Source: a virus. Taken from it: DNA of 64,000 nucleotides. Below, piece after piece: positions 37,614 through 47,200 of this stretch; the first letter of the stretch is position 1, and the number at the start of each line of letters is the position of its first letter. The notes under the pieces are model-generated. The model saw nothing but the letters and a program-made list of their open reading frames with translations. It made no database searches and had not been told where the DNA came from. The stretch is taken from positions 96,001-160,000 of IMG/VR virus record IMGVR_UViG_3300040856_003274; one strand, written 5' to 3'. A program made the position numbers and the translations under genes.

Positions 37614-40081
37614 TGATGCCTATCTTCAACGGCTCGGTTGAGCTTATCGACCCCTCTAGTTTTGATTTTGAAGGGCAGGCTTTCCTCAATCGCGTTGAAG
37701 AGGTCAAATCCCAACTCTTCGAGAGCTTCTTAGCGTCCTTGCCTTCAAACTACGTAAGCAAGGCGCTAGGGCCTAACTATACCCTTCAGTATGAAGTGGT
37801 TTTAGATCAAGTTGCTCGCTACCACGTAATATTAGAGGTGTTTTACGGGCAAGCCTTTTATGACACCATGTCTTCTGAGACGCTACTCTCAGAGCTGGGT
37901 CGTGCGGTGTTTCCTGACCTGAGCAGAGAGCCTTTAACAGTAGAGGGCGATGTCACTTATCGAGACTTCCTAAAGAATATGCTTAGGCTCTTATTACAAG
38001 GGTCTAAGATTGAGGTCTTAAGAGAAGGTGTCAGCTTGCTGACAGAGGCTCAGGTTGATCTCATAGAAGGGTATCTAATAAACCCTGTCAGCAGTGAACA
38101 GTTTAACCTGCTCTTAGAGGTTCACAAAGACGACTACAGCGCCTTCCCTGAAGACCCTGTAGCCACGCAAAACAACATTGGCGTTATTCTCAAAGCTCTA
38201 AAGCCTGCACACGTCATTTATGAGTATCGCCACGTCTTCAAAGAAATACTTGAGGGTGTCATAAAGAGCGAGGAAGACAGCTACGTTTTAGAGTCGTACC
38301 ATTATGAAGATGCTCGCCACAACTTCCAAGCGTACCGAGAGATTGCAGGCACTTCAGGCTGGTTTGTGCAGGGTAATGTATTCCGCGCTACGACCTCAGA
38401 CCTCATCAATGTCGAGCCTAATCTGTCACGACTCTCCGTGGACGGTAGAGAGTATTTGATTACAGAGGCTTTCTCTTTCATAGACGACTCAACACCCAGG
38501 GCATACTCTACAAGTCTGTCAGGGCTTGAGGGGACAGGTGTCTTTAAGGACGGTGTGTTTACGGACTCTTCCGCAGACTTTAAGGTGCTCCAAGAGGGTG
38601 AGACTTTAGAGATTAAAGAGGGCTTAAACTTAGGAGTTTACGAGATCCATGTCATCGTTGCTAATGGAGTGCTTGGTAGACATGATCCTAACAAAGCAGG
38701 GGCTTACCCTTCTCTCAAAGTAGAGCCCCTTTTTCTTCGACTCCGTGAGCAAGCGACAGGAGTGGTGTTTGGGGAGAGACACGACTATGAGATTATCCTT
38801 AACCCAAACGGACGTGCTCAAACGTATAACCGAATAGAGGATGTCGTAGAGTCATTCTCTAATAATATAATCAGGACAACACTGACTCCCGTTGTTTCCC
38901 GCCAAGGAGACTCCGCGCTCGCTAAGCCGAGAGATGTTACCGTGTTGGTTGACGGAGAAGAGGTTGAGGTTGTACGGCTGAGCCCGTTAGAGGGTAAGAT
39001 TACGATTGCCTTGGTAGAGCCTCTTTTAGAGGACAGCACTATCGTCGTAGATTATTACTATACCCGTAAAGCGAGCCAGCGTTATCAAATGAAGACGCTG
39101 AACAGCGGTGGGTATAACCTTAATCAAGAAAGGTCGCTCAATAAAGGTTTCAGAGCGCCTGTCCAAAAGCGCGTAGCTCACAGGTATTTAGGTTTTGAGG
39201 GTTTGTATTCAAACACACTAGGCGACCTTACCTTAAACAGCGGCTCTAAGCTCAATCAGTTTAATGTGGTCAGCAGTGGTGAGTATATTGGAGACATCAC
39301 CCCTGAGTCTGTAATCTTACAGTCAACGGCTAAAGAATACCTCAGCCTTTACGATGCTGACATGAGGGCAGAACGCATCTACAGAGTTTTGGTTGACGGT
39401 GTACCTCAGATTTTCACGTTTGAAGCGCAGACGCAAAGAGTCTACGTACCTAGCTTTACAGGGTCTGACTTTACTGCTGAGGTAATCTTCCCTCCTGCCA
39501 AACCGATTACCCAAACGTATTTACAAAGCCAGCCCTTAGAGAACAGCCCTCATCTATTAGCGGAGGGGACACCTCCTTTCGAGATTGTCTCTTCGAGAGG
39601 AGGTGTGAAAACTCAAATACCTTCTGAGGGGGAGTCTGACATCTTAACGATAGCAGACGATGAAGGCTCAGTTTCGGTGTTTAGCCTTGAGTTTTCTTTT
39701 ACGGAAGAGTCAAAGCGGATTAGACCTCAAGGATCTTCTACAGACGGAGGGCTGTTCATACTAGGTGGCGGTAGCACGACGGGATATTCGACGTTAAGCT
39801 CTGAGTTTGAGAAGAGCCCTGTTTTAGGGCCAGTCGATAGGCTTGCTCAAGACCCCTTCTCGATGATTACGTTGCGCTCTGTTGTAGTTAATCAAGACGG
39901 GGACGAGACACTCCTCAGGGAGGACTCCGCTCTCAACTTGTCAGAGGAGAGCGCCTTTGGAGAGCTTGTACAGTTAGGCAGTTATCCTAGACTGAATACT
40001 TTTAATGAGTTAAATCTGAACTTCATCCTTCAAGGAGGTAGTCCCCTTGAGGGAGACGTTACGACACCTTTGAGCTTGTAG
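37613..40081 (+). CDS. baseplate wedge protein, gpI/gp7-like N-terminus plus accessory domains
   Basis: 'ASLPSNY', 'YRDFLKNMLRLLLQGS', 'ILKALKPAHVIY' (KPAH motif of gpI-type proteins); coupled to baseplate J by TAATG. Confidence 0.65.
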   Translation: MMPIFNGSVELIDPSSFDFEGQAFLNRVEEVKSQLFESFLASLPSNYVSKALGPNYTLQYEVVLDQVARYHVILEVFYGQAFYDTMSSETLLSELGRAVFPDLSREPLTVEGDVTYRDFLKNMLRLLLQGSKIEVLREGVSLLTEAQVDLIEGYLINPVSSEQFNLLLEVHKDDYSAFPEDPVATQNNIGVILKALKPAHVIYEYRHVFKEILEGVIKSEEDSYVLESYHYEDARHNFQAYREIAGTSGWFVQGNVFRATTSDLINVEPNLSRLSVDGREYLITEAFSFIDDSTPRAYSTSLSGLEGTGVFKDGVFTDSSADFKVLQEGETLEIKEGLNLGVYEIHVIVANGVLGRHDPNKAGAYPSLKVEPLFLRLREQATGVVFGERHDYEIILNPNGRAQTYNRIEDVVESFSNNIIRTTLTPVVSRQGDSALAKPRDVTVLVDGEEVEVVRLSPLEGKITIALVEPLLEDSTIVVDYYYTRKASQRYQMKTLNSGGYNLNQERSLNKGFRAPVQKRVAHRYLGFEGLYSNTLGDLTLNSGSKLNQFNVVSSGEYIGDITPESVILQSTAKEYLSLYDADMRAERIYRVLVDGVPQIFTFEAQTQRVYVPSFTGSDFTAEVIFPPAKPITQTYLQSQPLENSPHLLAEGTPPFEIVSSRGGVKTQIPSEGESDILTIADDEGSVSVFSLEFSFTEESKRIRPQGSSTDGGLFILGGGSTTGYSTLSSEFEKSPVLGPVDRLAQDPFSMITLRSVVVNQDGDETLLREDSALNLSEESAFGELVQLGSYPRLNTFNELNLNFILQGGSPLEGDVTTPLSL

Positions 40082-40136
40082 GAATAAAGCACCTATAAGA
40101 TTGAGGGTGTAAGAAAACCTTTAGAGGGAGCGATTT

Positions 40137-40766
40137 ATGATTAAGCAAGAGAGCATTAAACGTGGCAACACGAACCTTTCCATAGGGGCTACATTAGCCG
40201 AAAGAGAGACTTTCCAAGCCCCTAGAGGAGACTTTATTTTAGAGCTCCGCGACGTTGAAAGCGGAGAGCTTCTTGAGCACTTCGAGCGTAAGAACATCAT
40301 AACTAGAGACGCGGGTGTCCTAGCATCTCTTATGTTCTCTAAGAGAGAGAGCGAGAGAGGCTTATATATGCTCTCAATAGGGACAGGGGCGACAGGGGAC
40401 TTATTAAACCCGACCGCGCCGACAAACACCCAACGTAAGCTCAACAACGAGATTTCAAGAAAGAGCTTCTCAAGCGTAGTTTACAGAGATAGCAACGGGG
40501 CGGTTTCGAGTGTACCGACTAATATTGTAGATTACACTACGACGTTCTCGGAGTCGGAAGCGGTAGGGCCTCTCAACGAAATGGGAGTTATCAGCCCGAT
40601 TAGCCTTAACTCTAACATTAAGACACTCAACCCTGACTCTTATCCAAACTACGACACAACCGTAGACATTAGAGATTTTGACGTGCTCGTAAACTACCTC
40701 ACGTTTAGCGTGATCTCTAAACCGAGCACAGCGGTTTTGACCATCACTTGGCGCTTCACGTTTTAA
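40137..40766 (+). CDS. tail collar/fibre-attachment baseplate protein
   Basis: 'KNIITRDAG...SIGTG...LNNEISRK...TTFSESEAVGPLNEMG...FSVISK...LTITWRFTF' resembles tail-collar/fibre N-terminal proteins. Confidence 0.6.
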   Translation: MIKQESIKRGNTNLSIGATLAERETFQAPRGDFILELRDVESGELLEHFERKNIITRDAGVLASLMFSKRESERGLYMLSIGTGATGDLLNPTAPTNTQRKLNNEISRKSFSSVVYRDSNGAVSSVPTNIVDYTTTFSESEAVGPLNEMGVISPISLNSNIKTLNPDSYPNYDTTVDIRDFDVLVNYLTFSVISKPSTAVLTITWRFTF

Positions 40767-40785
40767 GAGGTAAAGGGCAAATAGC

Positions 40786-43700
40786 ATGAGTAAGTATTTA
40801 CAAAACACCTCAGTATCTCGCGATTTGAGTGCTCAGGACACGTCGTGGATTAGCGTTGTCTATCAATCAGGAAAGCCTGTTTTAGACTCAGAGCTAAACT
40901 TGCAACAAGAGCTTAAGAGCCAGCAAGGGGAGTTTAGCAAGTCAGGTTTCTTACTAAACCGTTCTGACATGAACCCTTTGCGCGACTTTACGTTTAACCC
41001 TCCGAGATTAAACGGGAGCGCAGACGGTGCTCCGACATACGTTAATAGCTTCGCGATGCGTAACCTAGATGCGGTTGTAGCAGGGATGCAACTTCGCGTA
41101 GCAGACACGGCTTCTACTGACGGGGAGAACCTCATCGAGTTAGAAGATGCTAGTGTTGGAGGGGGTGGTATTAAGCGAAGTGATTTTGTATTCTTAGAGG
41201 TTTGGAAAGCACAGGTAGAGCCAGGGATTAAAGCTAGAGGCTTCATTGACTTCCTTGACGTAAACTTAATTAATGACGGTGACCGCATTAGAATAGGGTT
41301 CGATAACTATACCGCACGATCAACCGCTACAGGTGTAGCAGGGGAGTTTGAGATAGGTTCTAATGTTGGGGTAGCCGCAGGTAACTTTGCAAATGAGGTG
41401 ACAGGGCTCACAGGTTACACGGCGACCGCAGTCGGAGGTAGGGTAACCCTCATCGCCAATGAAGCAGGCACTCTTTATAATAACTACGGGTTGGCATCTA
41501 CTGTTGACCCCGCAGGAGTCTCTGTTTCCGACGCTACTTTGAGCGGAGGTGAGGATGGTACTAACAAGCCAAGTCCTGACTCTGTGTATCGCTACGGTAA
41601 TGTTGAGGTAGACTCTAGTCTTTATCTTACAGACGATATCGCTGATGAGAATGTAGGCGTACAGTCTACTCAAAGAATACAGGCACAGTACCGTATTCGA
41701 GTGACAGGGGAGGCGGAAGCACTCAACTATAAAACTAATCCTGACGGCTTTTCTTCAGCTCAACTTTTTGCTAGAGGCGTAAATGACGAAGCGGTTGCCG
41801 ATTATCCTTTTGTACCAGCGGATAGGGCGACTTCTAATCTTAACTCAGATGCCTCTGCCTATCCTCACATCGACAGCGGGCTCTATATTGCAGGAGACGG
41901 TAGTGAAAACTCTGCCAACGCGCTCGGTACAGTGGACGGCTTTGTATATGCGATACCCATCGGCTGGGTGTATCGCCGTAATAATAGCCCTACGGGTTTT
42001 GACCCTTACAATGATACCAACGGAGCACTCCGTTGGCAGCATACGGGTTTCATTAATCCGATTGTGGGGACGATACCTCGGAGACGGTCAGACAGACCCG
42101 ACAACAAGTTTTATGACATAATAGAAGAGACAGATTTCTTAGACTGCCGAAAGCACGTCCTTAAGGATTTAGACTCCAAGGTCTTAATAAGACAGAACGC
42201 CCACCTCTTAATGGAAGGAGAGCTCTCTTCTTGGGTTATGGACGCAGGCGAGAAAAACCTTCTCGGTAACGGTACGGGGGATTACTCCTCCGAGATGCTC
42301 GTCTGTAATCAAATAGGGCGCGACAATACTTTAGGTGGTCAAGGCGATCTTAATGGCGCGGGGCCGATTATAAGAAACTTCGACCATATTAGCCGAAGGT
42401 TCTCAGACGCGCCCGTGATTGAGCGTTGTGTGTTTGAGTTTACTCCAGGCGACAGAGCAAACGCGGTAGACTTTGCGACTGTTCAGTTGGCTCTCTTAGA
42501 TAAAGGCGAGCTACCTGAGCATAGCCCTCGTATCAACGCAGGTAAATACGTTAATAAAGCCACCTATGGCGCTGGCGTTGAAAGTGTCTTTTGGTACGAC
42601 GGAGATCAGCTAGTCCTAGATTTAGACGAGCTAGATTGCTCTTCGATTTCAGATTGGACAGGCGGTCAAAACAAGCCGTTTAATCAGCTTGCTCCAAACA
42701 GTGTTAAGATTACGGGTGTCGTTGGTGTCCAACATAATGAAGGACGCACAGGCACATCCATAGACACTAGTGCTTACGTCAAGAATATAGAAGGGATCGG
42801 CACACAAAAGGTCACTATAACATTAGGGTCTAACTTCAAGGACGTAAATGCAGGTGGTCGATACGCAGACGGTTCTCTCAAAGCCGCTTACAAACTTGTC
42901 GGTGGATTAGACAACGGGGGTAATCCTGCCGATATTGGTAGCGATATGCGTATCTTCGTTGAGTTAGAGATCAGCTACCCTCAAGGCTATGGACTAACTG
43001 ATACCCCTCACCGCCTATTAGAGATCGGCGCATTTAGGAGAAGTAATAGTGATGAGGTATACCGTGGTCTAAAAGACCCTTCTGACGTTTACACTACCGT
43101 ACCTTTTCTTGAATACGATCCGACCGAACGACCGAGCGACAGTCGAGGGATTGCTCGCCTTGGTTTAAGAGAAGGCTTTAGGGAGGTTATGGTTAATCAA
43201 GTTGGCGGTCGAATAGACTCTAATGGAGACTTGGTAAGATACCGTGAAAAGGTTGTTCCTAGCTACGACCCTGTAACTAAAGTCTATACCATCAAAACTT
43301 CGCGGAGAGTGTTCTTCCATGCAGACAATTATTACGCGGCGGCTATTCTCTTTACGCCTATTGTGAGCCCTGACGAGGACGCATCAAGCCGTTATTTAGT
43401 GACTTTTGATGAGGACTACGGGGGATCAGAGAGGGAGATCAGGTTCATTTACCAGAACTTCCCTGATTATTTTTTATCTCGCTCCCTATTTATCCATTAC
43501 TATTCTTTAGACCCTGTGCCTAATGCTGGGGCTAACGGTTATCAAATCCTGTTCTACTACGGGTCTAAATCACCTCAAACTTTCGGAGCAAAAGGTGGCT
43601 CTATCTTAGAGAGCGGGGGCGGGGCTTTACCCCCTAATGTTTCGCTCACGGTGCTAGATTACGAAGACGGCTTGTGGTGCAACACTACAGGTAAGGGAAG

Positions 43701-44283
43701 CATGGGATTGCCTTCGCCATACCCTAACCCGTTCGACCTTATTCCTATCCGAGACAGCATCTCCGCCCCAGTTTTCTACGGAGATTGGCAGTTTGATGGA
43801 GACACGCTTATTAGCACTCCAATGGGAGCTTTTGACCTAGGCTTAGTCAAACTACCTCTAGTGAGCCCCCCTGTCTTTAAAACGGGATACGACTACTCTG
43901 AGCGGTACAACCAAAAGCAGTTTCTTATCGAGCTCAACGACCCTCTAACAGACGCTGAGGGTCGGGTCTATTATGACAACATCTCGATTATCGGAAGAAA
44001 CCGCTTTGCGGATACTCTCAGGTACTCACTGTTTACGAGCGCGATGCCTCTCACAAAGTACACACCGCATAGGAATGTGCTTTTCGCCCTCGTAACTCCT
44101 AATGAAAACCATGAGTTTATTAAAGCGGGTGAGCTATTCCTTTTGGTTTTATGTCAATGGGGAGAAGCTATTGAGAACAAGGTGCAGTATCCGCTCGACC
44201 CTAGCGACGACAGCAACCGTGTTTCCGCGTCTTTGTATAGAATTCAAGGGTGTCCGATCATTGAGAAGAGAGAGGTAAACTAA
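40786..44283 (+). CDS. large tail fibre/outer baseplate protein, paralogue A
   Basis: N-terminal 'SVVYQSGKPVLDSELN' and 'DFVFLEVW' anchor motifs; collinear similarity to 49672-55071. Confidence 0.6.
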   Translation: MSKYLQNTSVSRDLSAQDTSWISVVYQSGKPVLDSELNLQQELKSQQGEFSKSGFLLNRSDMNPLRDFTFNPPRLNGSADGAPTYVNSFAMRNLDAVVAGMQLRVADTASTDGENLIELEDASVGGGGIKRSDFVFLEVWKAQVEPGIKARGFIDFLDVNLINDGDRIRIGFDNYTARSTATGVAGEFEIGSNVGVAAGNFANEVTGLTGYTATAVGGRVTLIANEAGTLYNNYGLASTVDPAGVSVSDATLSGGEDGTNKPSPDSVYRYGNVEVDSSLYLTDDIADENVGVQSTQRIQAQYRIRVTGEAEALNYKTNPDGFSSAQLFARGVNDEAVADYPFVPADRATSNLNSDASAYPHIDSGLYIAGDGSENSANALGTVDGFVYAIPIGWVYRRNNSPTGFDPYNDTNGALRWQHTGFINPIVGTIPRRRSDRPDNKFYDIIEETDFLDCRKHVLKDLDSKVLIRQNAHLLMEGELSSWVMDAGEKNLLGNGTGDYSSEMLVCNQIGRDNTLGGQGDLNGAGPIIRNFDHISRRFSDAPVIERCVFEFTPGDRANAVDFATVQLALLDKGELPEHSPRINAGKYVNKATYGAGVESVFWYDGDQLVLDLDELDCSSISDWTGGQNKPFNQLAPNSVKITGVVGVQHNEGRTGTSIDTSAYVKNIEGIGTQKVTITLGSNFKDVNAGGRYADGSLKAAYKLVGGLDNGGNPADIGSDMRIFVELEISYPQGYGLTDTPHRLLEIGAFRRSNSDEVYRGLKDPSDVYTTVPFLEYDPTERPSDSRGIARLGLREGFREVMVNQVGGRIDSNGDLVRYREKVVPSYDPVTKVYTIKTSRRVFFHADNYYAAAILFTPIVSPDEDASSRYLVTFDEDYGGSEREIRFIYQNFPDYFLSRSLFIHYYSLDPVPNAGANGYQILFYYGSKSPQTFGAKGGSILESGGGALPPNVSLTVLDYEDGLWCNTTGKGSMGLPSPYPNPFDLIPIRDSISAPVFYGDWQFDGDTLISTPMGAFDLGLVKLPLVSPPVFKTGYDYSERYNQKQFLIELNDPLTDAEGRVYYDNISIIGRNRFADTLRYSLFTSAMPLTKYTPHRNVLFALVTPNENHEFIKAGELFLLVLCQWGEAIENKVQYPLDPSDDSNRVSASLYRIQGCPIIEKREVN

Positions 44284-44284
44284 A

Positions 44285-47200
44285 ATGGCTAAGAACTCTA
44301 ACGGTGTAACCATTACAGAGAGCGTCCCTGCGAGCAGAGCGCCTAATCTTGGTCTTAACCTGCACCTTTCTGATAGCAGGGCTCACGACGCTTTAGAGAT
44401 TATCTTTAACGGCACAGGCACTGTGGCTGAGACATTAGAGCAGATCATTAGAGACTTATATAATGTGCCTGAAGGCATTGGTTCTTCAGATCAGACTCTC
44501 CAGCCCGATTGGGGTGCTCTCAAAGCTGGCGCAGTAGAGTCTAATCAGTATGATTACAACAGCGCGTTGTTCACAGATCGCTTACATTACACAGACAGCC
44601 TTTTAGGTCTTACGACAAAGACAGGCATTCCTGCGGATAATAACTTTCTTGAAGCGATTTACCCTCGGTATGATATATCCCCTACAGCGGTAGACTCAGG
44701 GACGACGGACGCTAACTTTAACCTTAGCGACGGGTCTTACACTGGCGGTGGAGGTGGAGAGGGGCTTGAAGGCGCTTATCGTATAACAGGTGGTACAGAT
44801 AACCTGAAGACAAGTGGCATCTACCCTAACAGCCTCTCGCACGCAGTTATCTCAGGCACAGTGCTCCCCGCAGATAAAGGTGTTTTGGCACTTGTGTCTT
44901 TCTTTATCGCCCCGAATGCAGATGACCAAAAGTATTCCCTTGTGCTCCCCCCTAACCTAGAAGAAAGATGCGTCTCTGCAATCTTACTAGGTGGAGGCAT
45001 TGCTACGGGAGACGACGGTGAGACAGGAGACAACCTCTTCAAGAGCGGAGAGGGCTTCCCAGGCACTAAGTCAGGGCAGTATGACCTTTCCGAAATCCAT
45101 AACGGAGTTGATAGGCTCACGTCTGATGCGATTGAGGGTGGGGCTAATGAATATGCAGGTCTTGTAAGATTATTTGCTGACCCACGAAGCTCTGACGTAG
45201 AGAGCCCGATCCCCATTTTAGGGGCTACTTCTGTGGCTTTTGGTGGTGGAGACGATAACAACTTCTTCCGATACCGACTCCCTATGCTCAAAGACTATGA
45301 GGGGCTCTCTGACACTCCCACGGATCACAAAGACCGTTTCTTTGATAAGCCCGCGCTTTCACTAGATAGCGGTGTAAACTTCACGTTTGCAGGTGGCTAC
45401 TCTAACTTTGCAGACCAAGACCCACTCTATACTCAGTTAGCGAAGTTTAGACACCGCTTTGAGGTAAGCTCAGATACTGTCTATGTACTCTTCCACTTCC
45501 GAACCGAGAGGGCTTTTGAGAGTCTCGTCAGAGATGGTAACATGCCAACGTCTTCTGACTTGTACGGGGTATACACGGGAGTATCGAGTGGGAGCTTCGA
45601 GGCCACCTTGCCTTCTAGTAGACCTTTTGCGCTCCCCCTCGCAAAAGACGTGAAGAAACTCTCTAGCACACTCCCTAATACGGTTAATCAGGATATGGGC
45701 TATATCTTAAAGCCCGTTGAGAGAGCGAACTCCGCAAGCATTTTGCCTCTTATCGCCACCTACGGAAATGAGACATATTACTCTTTTTGGGCGCAAGACG
45801 GGCAGGCTAATGTTATGTCCTTATCGGGCGCGAAATACATCGTAAGCTCATCAAGATTACACCCTAACGACATCACAGGTGGCGCGGGAGACTCTGAGTT
45901 TAAAGACTACGGCAACCTCTCTTTAGTCATCGAAGGCTCGCTTAACGAGACTTCCTTCTACAACTTTACCTTTTACGACACCGTTAAGACGGATTGGTTG
46001 AACAGCCGAGGTCAAAGCCCAGGTTTCTTCTCGACAGGAGCTTTCGGACTGCTCGGTATAAACAACACACCTAAGCGCGTAAGCGACCTTGTTAGCGCCA
46101 CTGAAACGGTTGACCTGCCTAGCTCTTTCGACGGTAGTCAAATAGGCGTTTTTAAAGGTGACGGTGAAGCACACGGCTCACACCTCATTGTGGAGCAAGG
46201 CTCTCTCCTTAGCCATACTGCGGAGCCCACGGATGTAAACACGACATTCACAAACTATAAGCATCTTTACCTGTCTTCTGATGGTGGTGCGCCTGTAATT
46301 TCTTCAGACGCTAAGGTTAAGATAGGTATCCACAGGCATGGGGATAACGTGAGAGTCGGTGAGGACACTGCGATTGACTTAATAGAGCTCAGCCACTCTG
46401 ACTTACCCTCTTTCACGGTAAGTCAGAGTTTGGTGTTTTCAGGCAAGTTTAAGATCAACTCTGAGATCGACCCAGCGGCGATCAACTACGACGTTGACAC
46501 TCATTACGGCAACTTTGTTGTAGGGTTGACGAGTAGCAGTCGCGTGGCTGATTATACTAAACCTATGCTGAGGACTAACATTAGCCCGATAGCTGAAGAA
46601 GAGGTTTACACTCTAGGAGCGCCGTTACCTTCGCTCTTCAGCGCGGAAAAGGACTCCGAGGAGCGTTTTCTTGATGAAACTTACCGCTTACAGTCGAGCC
46701 TCGCTAATGATTACGGAGTACAACAAGGTTACCAGACCCTACCTTTCTTCCTAGCAATAGGACAAGACCTCGCTGAGAGGCAATCAAGCCTTAACAGCTA
46801 CGCGATGTCCTTTAATGCGCTAACAGAGGAAGACCCTACTTTTGGTAGGAAACCGTTCTACTTGCCTGTGCGCCCCTTCTATTACCCTGCTGACAGCGAA
46901 GACCCTTACTCAACGTATGAGTTACTAGGGTTAAGCTACCTTCTCTCTCAAGGTTCTTTTGAGTTCAAACGTCCTGATGCGTACCCTCCTGTCTCATATG
47001 TGACTCCAGGCATATTAGACCGTGTAAAAGTCACTTTAACATACACTGATGCTAAGCGGTTAGACCCGTTCTACATCCACCTTGGGTATGACTTAGATAT
47101 TACAGCAAATAGGTTAGACTCGGCAGGTAGGGTTGTTGAGGCTTACGGTGAGCTAAACGGGGTAGAGAGTAGTACAAACCACGCTACTGAAGACGGGTCG

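Noticed and set aside
15861-40766. Bacterial eCIS/tailocin/T6SS locus rather than a phage
   Set aside because: It is contiguous with DnaB, primase Zn finger, SNF2, DUF3310, dCMP deaminase and phage-type MTase genes; no Afp15-like ATPase, T6SS membrane complex or host housekeeping context is visible.
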